64,000 bases of DNA from positions 96,001 through 160,000 of the forward strand of contig JAVRCJ020000013.1 of NCBI GenBank assembly GCA_034530875.2, written 5' to 3'. The notes below the pieces were generated by a model. That model worked only from the letters and a program-made list of their open reading frames with translations. It had not been told where the DNA came from and ran no database searches. Positions 34,125-44,491 of this stretch are shown in pieces (within the stretch, counting starts at the first letter, position 1; each line of letters begins with the position of its first letter). This stretch comes from Nostoc sp. DedSLP01 (GTDB lineage Bacteria > Cyanobacteriota > Cyanobacteriia > Cyanobacteriales > Nostocaceae). Made by a program: the position numbers and the translations under genes.

Positions 34125-34244
34125 AAACCTTTGCGTAACTCTGCGCTAACTTAGCGCGACGGCAGTCGCTACAACGGGGGGAACCCCCGCAACGCGCTGC
34201 CTCCCCTTTGCGTTTAAAAACAAAAGTTTGTGTAGCTCACTAAC
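34125..34244 (-). repeat. Dispersed repeat (homologue of 36796-36869) carrying a ~44-nt GC-rich insert
   Basis: Reverse complement aligns with 36796-36869 except for the insert at ~34159-34202. Confidence 0.7.
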
Positions 34245-34297
34245 TGGAAATCGCTATAACAACCAATGACTAATGACCAATGACTATTGACTAATAA

Positions 34298-34645
34298 CTA
34301 ACAAATATATTTCGTGACATCTTCCCCGCACACATCGGCGAGATAAGATAAAGCACGAAAACGCAATCCTACAAACTCATCATATAAAGGATTGAGTTTA
34401 CACAATGCTGGAATATCAAAAGACCGCCCAAATAATTTTATTTGGCGTTCAAAAGGACAACAGCAAGGAATTGTTTGGCAAATTAAATGAGCAAGACGAT
34501 TATTTTTAACCTGAATTCCATCTACCACATTACGTAAAGGATTGAGGATTTTGTTAAATATCCCGCGTTTTTGATAGTTAGGTGGATGGTAATTAGGATG
34601 AGGATGAGTATGAGTGTGAGTGTGAGTTTTATTGATAGTTTCCAT
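34298..34645 (-). CDS. Mo-dependent nitrogenase C-terminal-domain family protein (nifK-nifE spacer gene)
   Basis: IC..IP..CPFER...IP.LCKLNPLY..F..LRFRALSYLA. Confidence 0.85.
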   Translation of the reverse strand: METINKTHTHTHTHPHPNYHPPNYQKRGIFNKILNPLRNVVDGIQVKNNRLAHLICQTIPCCCPFERQIKLFGRSFDIPALCKLNPLYDEFVGLRFRALSYLADVCGEDVTKYIC

Positions 34646-34795
34646 TTATTTTACGCCTCAGGTAAATGCTAAATTTGGGAATGGGCATGGGGCATTGGGC
34701 ATTGGGGATTGGGAATAATTCAGTTCCCAGTCCCCAATTTTTAATCCCCAGTTCCTACCAGCTAATTCCTAATAACTTGCGTTTGCGTGCAATTT

Positions 34796-36331
34796 CTAAC
34801 GAATCAAGTCGTAGGAAATATCGGTCTTGGAAGGAATATTGGTGGTGCGATCGATTTCTTCAAACAAGGTATTTACAACCCAGTTGAGCAAGTTGATTAC
34901 ACCTTGGTAACCGATAGTGCTGTAGCGGTGCAAGTGGTGGCGATCCATAATGGGGTAGCCGATTCTCACTAAAGGAATCTTGGTATCGCGCCAGAGGTAC
35001 TTACCGTAGGAGTTACCAATCAACAAGTCTACGGGTTCGGTGAACAACAAGGAACGCATGTGCCACAGGTCTTTACCACCCCAAACTGTTGCATTTTGAC
35101 CGAAGGGGCTAGAAGCAAGCAATTCTTTGATTTCTTTTTCAAATACTTCGTTGCTGTTGTGAACCAAAATATGCACTGGTTCAGCACCCATTTCCAGCAT
35201 GAAGCCCACAACGCTGTACACTAAATCGGGTTCGCCGTAGATAGCGAAGCGTTTGCCATGAACCCATGCGTGGGAGTCAGTCATTGCGTCAACTGCACGA
35301 CCGCGTTCGATTTCCAATTCTTCAGGAATGGGCTTACCAGATAGTTCGCTGAGTTTCATCAAGAACTCATCAGTAGCTTTAATACCCCAAGGACGGGAAA
35401 CAACGGTTGGTTGCTTCCATTCTTTTTCGATGTACTCGCGGGTCTTGACTGTGGAGTGTGATTGCAAGAAGACTGTAGCTTTACCATTAATTGAATCTGC
35501 TGCATCTTCCAGCTTTGTACCACCTGGATACATATCGAACTCACCAGTGTTGGGTGAATCCAGGTAATCGCTGTTGTCAGCTAGAATTGTGTAGTCAAAG
35601 CCAAACAGAGAAGCAATGCGCTTGATTTCGCGGTTGTTGCCAACGTAGGTGTCAAAACCTGGAACGAAGTTGATCTTACCATTGCTGGTTTCTTTCTTCT
35701 GACCTGCGGTTAGGGTAGAAAGAATACCCTTCATCATGTTGTCGTAACCAGTGATGTGGGAACCAACAAAGCTGGGGGTATGAGCGTAAGGAACTGGGAA
35801 ATCTTGAGGAACTGAACCAGCTTTCTTAGCGTTGTTGATGAAAGCTTGTAAGTCATCACCAATAACTTCTGCCATACAGGTGGTGCAGACAGCAATCATC
35901 TTGGGCTTGTAGAGTTGGTAAGAGTTCGCCAAGCCATCAATCATGTTTTGCAGACCACCGAACACCGCTGCATCTTCAGTCATGGAAGAAGATACACCAG
36001 AGAATGGTTCTTTGTAGTGACGGGTTAAGTGGGTGCGGAAGTATGCAACGCAACCTTGGGAACCTTGAACAAAGGGCAGAGTGCCTTCAAATCCAACAGC
36101 AGCAAAGATTGCTCCTAAAGGTTGGCAACCTTTAGCGGGGTTGACGGTTAGAGCTTCACGAGCGAAATTCTTTTCGCGGTAATCCCAACTCTTAGTCCAT
36201 TCTGCAACCCGCGCAACTTCTTCGGGGTCGTGACCGTTTTCAAATTCCTTCTTGTTTTGGAATAATTGTTGGTATTCCGGCTGGTGAAACAGCTCTACGT
36301 GGTCTTGAATTTTATCTGGATTCTGAGGCAT
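34796..36331 (-). CDS. nifK: Nitrogenase MoFe protein beta chain
   Basis: [31 protein letters not shown]; 511 aa, uninterrupted. Confidence 0.99.
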   Translation of the reverse strand: MPQNPDKIQDHVELFHQPEYQQLFQNKKEFENGHDPEEVARVAEWTKSWDYREKNFAREALTVNPAKGCQPLGAIFAAVGFEGTLPFVQGSQGCVAYFRTHLTRHYKEPFSGVSSSMTEDAAVFGGLQNMIDGLANSYQLYKPKMIAVCTTCMAEVIGDDLQAFINNAKKAGSVPQDFPVPYAHTPSFVGSHITGYDNMMKGILSTLTAGQKKETSNGKINFVPGFDTYVGNNREIKRIASLFGFDYTILADNSDYLDSPNTGEFDMYPGGTKLEDAADSINGKATVFLQSHSTVKTREYIEKEWKQPTVVSRPWGIKATDEFLMKLSELSGKPIPEELEIERGRAVDAMTDSHAWVHGKRFAIYGEPDLVYSVVGFMLEMGAEPVHILVHNSNEVFEKEIKELLASSPFGQNATVWGGKDLWHMRSLLFTEPVDLLIGNSYGKYLWRDTKIPLVRIGYPIMDRHHLHRYSTIGYQGVINLLNWVVNTLFEEIDRTTNIPSKTDISYDLIR

Positions 36332-36524
36332 TTCCGATCTCCAAGCTTGCTGAGTTAATTACTAATCGACGAATCGGCAGTGAGGGGAAGGGAGTGAGAA
36401 TGTGACTCAAAACTCAAAATGCAAAAAGCAAAACACATCATTTTGAATTTTTAATTTTGAATTTTGAATTCCCGACTCCCTCCTGGGGGATTAGCCCCAG
36501 GTACTTATATCTCTCTCATTTTTT

Positions 36525-36675
36525 TTAGGCGGTTGCTTTGGTTTTAGCTTTAGCTTCAGCTTTTTTGCTCCAGGGAGCGCCAATTAATCCCCAGGTTGGG
36601 CTATTGAGTGCCAAATCCATATCACGAGCGAAGATAGCAAAGCCGTCATAACCGTGATAAGGACCGGAGTAATCC
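36525..36675 (-). CDS. nifD: Nitrogenase MoFe protein alpha chain, 3' segment (~50 codons)
   Basis: Manual translation (W)[49 protein letters not shown]; homology starts at the 11-bp site. Confidence 0.95.
36665..36675 (+). repeat. nifK-proximal XisA recombination site CGGAGTAATCC (GGATTACTCCG on coding strand)
   Basis: Matches the known 11-bp nifD element repeat, at the nifD breakpoint. Confidence 0.93.
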
Positions 36676-36707
36676 TTTTGATGGTTTTATTTTTTTAGAG
36701 GGGTTAA

Positions 36708-36754
36708 TGTTTGCAATGAGCAATGTCAGAATTAAACATTGTTCGTTGAGAACG
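36708..36754. promoter_or_regulatory. Three tandem NtcA-like TGT-N9-(A/G)C(A/G) sites upstream of xisA
   Basis: Sites start at 36708, 36724 and 36740 (16-bp period); three adjacent NtcA sites are known upstream of xisA in Anabaena PCC 7120. Confidence 0.6.
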
Positions 36755-36920
36755 CATTGATTTTTAGACTAAATGTAGGCTAAAACATATCTCTGTTAAG
36801 TGAGGTACACAAACCTTTGTTTTTAACGCAGAGGGGCGCAGAGTCAAGCGCAAAGGTACACAGAGGTTTACCCGCTATATTTCGCTTCAGGTCTGCAAGC
36901 ACAGCAGTAAAGAGAAGATA

Positions 36921-38222
36921 ATGAAATCAAAAGTACTACTGGAATTAGAGACAGTAAATCTGCGGTTGAAGTCTGCAAAGACAAAGGTCACAATTAGAGA
37001 ATCGAATGGAAGTCTGCAATTACGCGCTACGTTACCAATTAAACCGGGAGACAAGGATAAGAATGGCACTGGGAGAAAACAATACAATCTCAGTTTGAAT
37101 ATTCCTGCTAATTTGGATGGGTTAAAGACGGCTGAGGAAGAAGCTTATGAATTAGGTAAGTTAATTGCTCGTAAAACTTTTGAATGGAATGATAAATATT
37201 TAGGCAATGAGGCAATTAAAAAAGATTGTAAAACAATCGGTGAATTACTCGAAAGATTTGAAGATGACTATTTTAAAACTCATAAACGCACAACCAAAAG
37301 CGAACATACTTTTTTTTATTATTTTTCTCGAACCAAGCGATTCACAAATGCTACTGATTTAGCGACTTCTGAGAATTTGATAAGTGCAATTGAAAAAATC
37401 GATAAGGAGTGGGCTAAGTATAATGCAGCTAGAGCGATCGCTGTATTTTGTCAGACGTTCAAAATCGAAATCGATTTATCAAAATATTCCAAAATGCCAG
37501 AGAAAAATTCCCGCAATATACCAACAGATGCAGAAATAGCTGAGGGAATTAGCAAGTTTGAAGAATATTTAAATACCAGAGGCAATCAAGTTAACCAAAA
37601 TGTCCAAGATAGCTGGCAACTTTGGCGCTGGGCTTATGGAATGTTAGCAGTTTTTGGTTTGCGACCGCGTGAGCTTTTTATTAATCCCGATCTAGATTGG
37701 TGGTTAAGTCAAGAAAATGTAGATTTAACCTGGAAAGTTCATAAAGATTGTAAAACTGGCGAAAGGGAAGCTTTACCTTTATATAAACAATGGATTGAAG
37801 AATTTGATTTAAGAAATCCTAAATATTTAGAAATGTTGGCAACGGCAATTAGTAAAAAAGATAATACCAATTATGCAGAAATCACGGCATTAACACAGCG
37901 AGTTAGTTGGTGGTTTCGTAAAATTGGCTTAGATTTTAAGCCCTATGATTTACGCCACGCTTGGGCAATTCGAGCGCATATTTTAGGAATTCCAATTAAA
38001 GCTGCGGCAGATAATTTGGGGCATAGCGTACAAGTTCACACCCAAACTTATCAGCGTTGGTTCTCGCTAGATATGCGAAAGTTAGCGATGAATCAGGCGT
38101 TGAGTAAGAGGAATGAAGCTGAATTGATTAGGGAAGAGAATGCTAAACTGAGATTGGAAAATGAAAAATTGAAGTTGGAAATTGAAAAGTTAAAGATGGA
38201 AATGGTTTATAAACGTAGTTAA
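36921..38222 (+). CDS. xisA: Tyrosine recombinase (excisase) XisA
   Basis: VNLRLKSAKTKV, GLRPRE, KTG, DLRHAWAIR, LGH, HTQTY; oriented opposite to nifD beside the 11-bp site. Confidence 0.97.
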   Translation: MKSKVLLELETVNLRLKSAKTKVTIRESNGSLQLRATLPIKPGDKDKNGTGRKQYNLSLNIPANLDGLKTAEEEAYELGKLIARKTFEWNDKYLGNEAIKKDCKTIGELLERFEDDYFKTHKRTTKSEHTFFYYFSRTKRFTNATDLATSENLISAIEKIDKEWAKYNAARAIAVFCQTFKIEIDLSKYSKMPEKNSRNIPTDAEIAEGISKFEEYLNTRGNQVNQNVQDSWQLWRWAYGMLAVFGLRPRELFINPDLDWWLSQENVDLTWKVHKDCKTGEREALPLYKQWIEEFDLRNPKYLEMLATAISKKDNTNYAEITALTQRVSWWFRKIGLDFKPYDLRHAWAIRAHILGIPIKAAADNLGHSVQVHTQTYQRWFSLDMRKLAMNQALSKRNEAELIREENAKLRLENEKLKLEIEKLKMEMVYKRS

Positions 38223-38407
38223 ATTGTTAAAAAATTTTGTGTAATGTGTTCAATTGTCAAAGTGACTACTAATATAAACTTATGGGAACTCATCTGTATA
38301 GGTTTTCACTTTGTTAGATATTCGAGCTAAGTGTATCTAAATTTTAGATTTATTAAATTCAACTGTTAGGCAAAAAACTCTATAAAAGCAATAATTATTT
38401 GAAAAGT

Positions 38408-38671
38408 ATGGCACTAGAAACCTTAAATCAAATACTTAAGCAAATTGAGACACTAGAAATAACAGAGCTTCAACAACTTAGCCAGACAATTCAAAAGTAT
38501 CTTGCTGTTAAAGAGGAAAATCTCAAGCAAGCAGCATTTCACCAAGCTTTAATCGATTCTGGTTTAGTAAAGCAGATTAAGCATTTTGCTTACGAACCAA
38601 TAGCTGAACGAAGACTAATTCAGGTCGAGGGAAAGCCTGTTTCTGAAAGTATCATTGAGGAACGCCGTTAA
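38408..38671 (+). CDS. Putative VapB-type antitoxin
   Basis: C-terminal GKPVSESIIEERR; stop abuts the PIN gene. Confidence 0.8.
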   Translation: MALETLNQILKQIETLEITELQQLSQTIQKYLAVKEENLKQAAFHQALIDSGLVKQIKHFAYEPIAERRLIQVEGKPVSESIIEERR

Positions 38672-39136
38672 ATGGCAATATACTTCATAGATAGTAGCGC
38701 ATTAGTTAAGCGTTACATAAGTGAAACTGGATCGGCTTGGGTCTTGGAGTTATTCGATCCAACTCTCAACAATGAAATCTTTATTGCTGCAATAACTGGT
38801 GTGGAAATTATAGCAGCAATTACGAGGCGATCGCGCAGCGGAAGTATTAGCATCACAGATGCCACAATAACACGCAACCAATTCAGAAGTGATTTACAAA
38901 AAGACTACCAAATTATTGAAATTACAGAAAGCGTAATTAATTATGGAATGGCATTGTCGGAAATTTATGGTTTACGAGGTTATGACGCTATCCAAGTAGC
39001 AGCTGGTCGTGCAGTTAATACCCTTTGCATTGCCAATGGATTACCTTCTATTACCTTTGTGTCCGCAGATAACGAGTTAAATACAGCAGTTGTTAGTGAA
39101 GGATTGAAGATTGAAAATCCTAATAACCACCCATAA
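38672..39136 (+). CDS. VapC/PIN-domain toxin
   Basis: YFIDSSALVKRY..E.GS, LRGYDAIQVA, FVSAD..L. Confidence 0.9.
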   Translation: MAIYFIDSSALVKRYISETGSAWVLELFDPTLNNEIFIAAITGVEIIAAITRRSRSGSISITDATITRNQFRSDLQKDYQIIEITESVINYGMALSEIYGLRGYDAIQVAAGRAVNTLCIANGLPSITFVSADNELNTAVVSEGLKIENPNNHP

Positions 39137-39388
39137 TGCAGGCTCAAGAATGATATTTTGCTACTGATATGGATGTGGTGGGTTGCGCTATGCGACAATC
39201 CACCCTACCTGCTAAAATACAATATAAGGTCATGCTTGCAGGTAAAAGATTTCCTTTTATTTAGTGCAGCAACGCTCCTGGTTTTTAAGTAAGGCGCGAT
39301 CGCTAGCTGTCGAAGTACCTAAAATTTGGTATCATTCCAGGAAAGGATAGCGATCGCATTTGCAGTTGAGCTACAAGCTATCAGTAAA

Positions 39389-39691
39389 TTATTTGGTCTT
39401 TACATCTCGCTTTTGCAGCATTACAGGAACAAATATCTTGTTATATTCGGCTAAAGCAAGAATGAGAAACGCAATAGCTAGGATGATGGCGGCTGGAAGT
39501 CCTCCATATTGGACTAATGCAACTGTATCTAATTGTTTCAAAGGTGAGGTGATGCCTTTTTCAGTTGTACAAACCAGTTTTTCTGGTTTTGCTGTTGTTT
39601 GGCAGTGCAATAGCTGATTTGTTTGTTCTTGCTGTTGAATAGTCTCAGATACTGAGGAGTAATTCATCGATATATTAAATCCTTTAATCAA
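39389..39691 (-). CDS. Small single-transmembrane hypothetical protein, divergent from the STAND gene
   Basis: Hydrophobic GGLPAAIILAIAFLILALA segment. Confidence 0.6.
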   Translation of the reverse strand: MIKGFNISMNYSSVSETIQQQEQTNQLLHCQTTAKPEKLVCTTEKGITSPLKQLDTVALVQYGGLPAAIILAIAFLILALAEYNKIFVPVMLQKRDVKTK

Positions 39692-39757
39692 GTTTTAAGG
39701 TGTAATGACCAACAAATACATCCTATAAGTTGCTTTAAAAAAAGTCCCAGAAAACAA

Positions 39758-39816
39758 TTTCCGCTAAATAAAATATCAACGGAAAAATTTTTCCGGTTCT
39801 GAAAATAACCGGAAAA
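39758..39816. promoter_or_regulatory. Candidate operator palindromes TTTCCG-N14/16-CGGAAA
   Basis: Perfect TTTTCCGGTT-N8-AACCGGAAAA (39789-39816) plus TTTCCG-N16-CGGAAA (39758-39785) between divergent genes. Confidence 0.5.
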
Positions 39817-39898
39817 TATACACATTATCCAGCCAATTCAGTTAAACTGAATCAAAATATGCCCACTTCTAAGAGGGTTTGGGAAGATAGCAGTAACT

Positions 39899-42800
39899 AT
39901 GAAAAGCTGGCAAACATTTTTAAGAACTGAGGTGTTTCCTCAAGAGCGATATGGATTAACCAAAACTGAGCAAGCTATTTTTCTGTCTAAATTCCCTAAC
40001 CAAGAAACTCTCAAAACTAACGAACAGGTTGCAGATCAAGCAATTGAAGATAATGAATTGCCTTCTAATCCAGATACGGTTAGAAAGCATATGTGGACAA
40101 TATATCATGAACGGTTCTGTCCAAAGGATGGCAAGGAAGGTTTTCCGGGTTATAAACAGAAAAGCCGAACTAAAGATCAAAAATTTCTCGCTTGGTTAAA
40201 ACAACGGTATTTGCAATGGCTGGAAACTTCCAACTCTGATACTCCACTTCAGTTAATTCCAGTATCCCCGCCAGCATTAGGAAAGCTAAGCAGCCATGTA
40301 CCAGATTTACCATTAAATTTTCTACCACGGATTGATGCACTCAACGACTTAAAAAAATTGGTACTAGATGGTACAAGCAAGCTAGTAGCCGTTACTGGAA
40401 CCGCGCTGAGAGTTGGAGTGCATGGTATGGGCGGGATTGGTAAATCAGTTTTGGCAGCAATGCTGGCACGGGATGAGGAGGTGCGCCATAGTTTTCCCGA
40501 TGGTATCTTGTGGGTGACGCTTGGTGAAAATCCAACACTTAGCTTACGGCAATTAGATTTAGCCAAAATGTTGGGCGATAGTTCACAGACATTTCAAGAT
40601 GTGCAACAGGGCAGAGTTCACTTGAGCGAATTGTTAGCAAATAAAGCTTGCTTAGTGATTCTAGATGATGTCTGGCAAAGCAAACATGCTGAGGCTTTTA
40701 ATGCACTAGGGCAGAAGTGCAAGATGTTAATTACAACACGCGACAATAAGGTACTTCAGGAACTGGGTGCTGTTAAACATTTATTAGGTTTGCTGGAGGA
40801 TGAAGAGGCGCTAACACTGTTGGCATTGTGGGCAAAACAAGAGAAAGAAACATTACCTGTTGAAGCACATGAAGTGGTGCGAGAATGTGGTAACTTGCCT
40901 TTAGCACTAGCAATGATTGGTGCATTAGTGCAAGGTAAGCCGGACCGTTGGGACAATTTGCTGCACAAGCTTCGCAATGCCGACCTAGAAAAAATTAGGC
41001 ATCAGTTTCCTGATTACCCTTATCCAAACTTGCTCAAAGCAATTCAAGTCAGTATTGAGGCATTAGAGGCTGATATCCAAAAACGCTATTTAGATTTTGC
41101 TGTTTTTCCAGAAGATACGTCTATTCCTGAAGCTGCGTTACAAAGTTTTTGGGAACCTGAAGGGCTAGATGAATTCGATACGCAAGATGTGGTAGATGTG
41201 CTAGTAGAGCGATCGCTAGCACGGCGTGACGATCGAGGATGCTTAACTTTGCATGACCTCCAGTATGACTATGTGCGTAAGCAAGCTGGTGATTTGGCCG
41301 CATTGCATAACCGTTTGGTGAATTCTTACTCTTCACGTTGCTCAAATGGCTGGCATACTGGCCCCAATGATAGCTATTTTTTTGAAAACTTAGCTTACCA
41401 TTTACATGAATCTGGGCGAAAAGAAGAACTGTATAAACTGCTAACTAAATGCTCAGATTGGATGGAAGCAAAATATATTGCTTGTACAGGTGATACAGCG
41501 TATGTTGCTGATTTGGAATTGGCAATAAGTGACTTTGCCGACCCATTAGAAGCAAATCAATTGTTAACGCTGATTCAACTCCAAACAGCAAGGCAAGTAG
41601 TAAATCAAAGAGTAACTAATTATAGCGACACAGATTTAGAAACTCTGGTATGGTTGGGGCGTGAAACAGAAGCCATTGGCTATGCGCGTTTGCGACAATT
41701 TCCTGAAACTAGGTTTAACGGCTTATTAGCTGTTTTTAAAGCACAACAAAATAAAGAAGAAGCTAACTATCTACTTTTGAAGGAGCTAAAAGAATTAGCT
41801 TTATCAATTCAAATGAAAAGTTGGGATAAAGCAAACATATTAGTGAATTTAGCAGTAGCTATATCCCAAACTGTATATCAGACAGAATTTGTAACAGTAA
41901 TTGAGGAAGTGGAAAAATATGTCAAGATTAGAAGTTCATTTCAGGCTTACCTTTTAACAAAATTAGGAGAAGCCTTAGATAGAATAGGTGAAAAAGAGAA
42001 AGCAAGTAAAATCTTTGTTCAAGCAAGGCAAATTGCACTTGATGAACAGCATACTTGGCATCAAGCATTTTGTTTAAGAGATTTAGTAGCTACTTTTGCC
42101 CAACTTCAACGCTTTAGCGAAGCTAAAGAAGTAGCAAATAATATTGAGATTGAGTGCTTGAAAGTACAAGCATTAAGTGAATTAGCTAAAGCACTGATTG
42201 ATGAAGGATTAGGTCAAGAGGTAGATGCAATCTTTACAGAAGTTAAATTCTTGGTAAAAGCTAATAATTTAAATCCTGCCGATCATCATGAACAATGGAC
42301 GGCTGCATTGGGTAAATTTGCAACAGCGTTAGCTCAAGGTGGACTTGAAGAAGACGCTAACAAATTCTTCACCAAAGCTCGAAAATTTATTTATGAGAGT
42401 CCTTGGTGGTGTCGTGATAGATCTAAAAATGGTTTAGTATATCACTTAGCTCAAGCTGGACGTTTCCATGAAGCTTATGAATTAGCTTGTACTATTCCTA
42501 AAGGCAGTGGGATACGAGCAGAAGCTTTGAGTACATTAGCAAATGCTTTAGCGCAAGTAGGGCAGATTAAAAGAGCCATAGAAATTTTTACAGAAGCCAG
42601 AGAAGCTGCCAGTATTACCAGAGATAGATTGGCAGTAGCAGCAATGGGTAATCTAGCAGTGGTAATGGAAAAGGCTGGATACAAAGCAGAAGCAGAGGCT
42701 ATCTTTATCAAAATAAGGGATATTGCGAATAACGAAGATGAACACGAACAGGTAGATATATTCAGTACATTAGCTATTGCTTTTGCTCAAGTTGGACGCT

Positions 42801-43546
42801 TCAGTGAGTTACAGGAAGTTTTTCAGATGATTCCGCCAGCCAATTCATATCGTGTCAAAGTACTAAGTGCATTAGCAGTTGCTCTTGAGTTAGATGGGCA
42901 AAAAGTCGAAGCAGATAGAGTTTTTGAAGATATTCAGGAGTTCGCTCATAAACCTATGACAAGTACATCCATTTATGCACCACCACAAAGCACTTTAGTA
43001 AAAGCATTAGCTCAGGTAGGTCGTTTTAATCAAGCTATGGAAAACACGCTTTATATTAATGACGATTTAGAAAAAGCGCAAGCATTATGTGCTTTAGCAG
43101 CAGCCTTAACTAATGCAGGACTTGAAGCTGAGGCAAATAGAATATTTATGGAGGCTAAAGCAGCTACCTGTGCTGTTGAAGACTATGGGCGCACAGAGGC
43201 AGCAATATGGACATTTGCAGATGCATTATCTCAAGCAGGACATTTCGATCTAGCTAAGAAAGTCGTTCAACCGTTAATCGATAATGGCTTCCATCGCTCG
43301 GAAGGGCTAAGCGGTTTAGCAGCGCCGATCGCAAACATTGGACGCTTTGCTGAAGCATTCACCATACTTGGATTGCAAAGACTCGATAAATTTCTATACG
43401 ATCTGAGTGAATGGGCATCAGCATTTGAGAAAGTTCAGCCGGGGTTATCGTTGGAGGTTATGCGAGAAGCAATTCGCATTGCTGGGTGGGTACGTCCCCA
43501 CTGGCAAGAAATTTCTCAACTTTTTCCTGAGATCGCAAATAGCTGA
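39899..43546 (+). CDS. STAND NTPase: N-terminal HTH-like domain, NB-ARC, APAF-1-like helical domain, TPR-like repeats
   Basis: GMGGIGKS Walker A, LVILDDVW Walker B, LITTR, CGNLPLAL (GLPL), LHDL (MHD), YFFENLAYHL..., repeated LA.ALAQ.GRF.EA. Confidence 0.9.
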   Translation: MKSWQTFLRTEVFPQERYGLTKTEQAIFLSKFPNQETLKTNEQVADQAIEDNELPSNPDTVRKHMWTIYHERFCPKDGKEGFPGYKQKSRTKDQKFLAWLKQRYLQWLETSNSDTPLQLIPVSPPALGKLSSHVPDLPLNFLPRIDALNDLKKLVLDGTSKLVAVTGTALRVGVHGMGGIGKSVLAAMLARDEEVRHSFPDGILWVTLGENPTLSLRQLDLAKMLGDSSQTFQDVQQGRVHLSELLANKACLVILDDVWQSKHAEAFNALGQKCKMLITTRDNKVLQELGAVKHLLGLLEDEEALTLLALWAKQEKETLPVEAHEVVRECGNLPLALAMIGALVQGKPDRWDNLLHKLRNADLEKIRHQFPDYPYPNLLKAIQVSIEALEADIQKRYLDFAVFPEDTSIPEAALQSFWEPEGLDEFDTQDVVDVLVERSLARRDDRGCLTLHDLQYDYVRKQAGDLAALHNRLVNSYSSRCSNGWHTGPNDSYFFENLAYHLHESGRKEELYKLLTKCSDWMEAKYIACTGDTAYVADLELAISDFADPLEANQLLTLIQLQTARQVVNQRVTNYSDTDLETLVWLGRETEAIGYARLRQFPETRFNGLLAVFKAQQNKEEANYLLLKELKELALSIQMKSWDKANILVNLAVAISQTVYQTEFVTVIEEVEKYVKIRSSFQAYLLTKLGEALDRIGEKEKASKIFVQARQIALDEQHTWHQAFCLRDLVATFAQLQRFSEAKEVANNIEIECLKVQALSELAKALIDEGLGQEVDAIFTEVKFLVKANNLNPADHHEQWTAALGKFATALAQGGLEEDANKFFTKARKFIYESPWWCRDRSKNGLVYHLAQAGRFHEAYELACTIPKGSGIRAEALSTLANALAQVGQIKRAIEIFTEAREAASITRDRLAVAAMGNLAVVMEKAGYKAEAEAIFIKIRDIANNEDEHEQVDIFSTLAIAFAQVGRFSELQEVFQMIPPANSYRVKVLSALAVALELDGQKVEADRVFEDIQEFAHKPMTSTSIYAPPQSTLVKALAQVGRFNQAMENTLYINDDLEKAQALCALAAALTNAGLEAEANRIFMEAKAATCAVEDYGRTEAAIWTFADALSQAGHFDLAKKVVQPLIDNGFHRSEGLSGLAAPIANIGRFAEAFTILGLQRLDKFLYDLSEWASAFEKVQPGLSLEVMREAIRIAGWVRPHWQEISQLFPEIANS

Positions 43547-43679
43547 ATTTTAAAATAGTGCGATCGCTCTTTCTCTCCAACAAACCAAGCAATTGTCTTA
43601 ACTTTGGATTTCTGATTTTTGCTAGACAACCAATATTAAACAGAGCGAATCTAAAAGAATTGTCAAAATTTGGGTATTT

Positions 43680-43814
43680 ATATCAAGTTCGGATGATTAG
43701 TTATGATTGCAGTCCTCGCGTTACCCCTCCCCAACCCTCCCCTTAGCAAGGGGAGGGTGCCGTAAGGCGGGTGGGGTGTTTCAGGATTTACAAGTAATTA
43801 AGCGAACTTGATAT
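43680..43814. mobile_element. 135-bp MITE-like element
   Basis: Perfect 12-bp terminal inverted repeat ATATCAAGTTCG / CGAACTTGATAT; internal CCCTCCCCTT..AAGGGAGGG hairpin. Confidence 0.6.
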
Positions 43815-44074
43815 TACATGAGTATGGTGAGGCTCAAATTCCATTTTTACCGTAGAAACTAACTATGAATAAAGGGTTTGCGGTAATGAAGCATAGGTGC
43901 GATAGTATCGTTTGTTTTTACGATACATATATATTGATGTGGTGCGTTGCGCTTTGCGGCAACTCAGCTTCATCGTATCAGCAGGCGATCGCATCCCTCC
44001 CATACTTATCGCAAAGTGCAATGCAGCATAATCATAGTTCGGTATCATAAGGTTATTGGGTTCTGGTTCTGTCC

Positions 44075-44491
44075 GTGTCTGCAAAAGACATTTTTCACGA
44101 AGCCGTCAAACGGGGACTGCAAAAAGAAGGGTGGGTCATCACGCACGATCCGCTAGTTGTTAAGTTTGGCAAAGATAAAATGTCGATTGATTTAGGTGCG
44201 GAACAAATCTTAGCAGCTGAGCGAGGAACAGAGAAAATTGCTGTTGAAATCAAAAGTTTTTTAGGGGATTCGGAACTTTTTGACTACCATGCGGCTTTGG
44301 GACAGTTTCTCAATTATAGATTAGCTCTGCGACTCAGGGAACCTGAGAGAGTTTTGTTTCTAGCTGTTCCACTCTCAACTTATAGATCGCTATTTAGCCG
44401 GGACTTTGCCCAAAGTTCAGTACAAGAGTATCAAGTTAAATTAATAGTTTACGATCCAAATGATGAGGTGATTGTGCAATGGCAAATCTAG
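44075..44491 (+). CDS. xisH: XisH-family protein (restriction-endonuclease-like fold)
   Basis: AKDIFHEAVK..L.KEGW.ITHDP, IDLGAE, IAVEIKSF, ALGQFLNY. Confidence 0.93.
   Translation: MSAKDIFHEAVKRGLQKEGWVITHDPLVVKFGKDKMSIDLGAEQILAAERGTEKIAVEIKSFLGDSELFDYHAALGQFLNYRLALRLREPERVLFLAVPLSTYRSLFSRDFAQSSVQEYQVKLIVYDPNDEVIVQWQI

Noticed and set aside
36900..36908. CACAGCAGT upstream of xisA (and CACAGCAG at 14405-14412) matching the start of the hupL recombination repeat
   Set aside because: Only 8-9 of 16 bp match; the 36900 copy is explained by remnant codons (A-Q-Q-stop), so chance is sufficient.
43863..44156. Three overlapping short ORFs upstream of xisH
   Set aside because: No motifs, mutually overlapping, and next to a MITE-like element; none can be supported as a gene.
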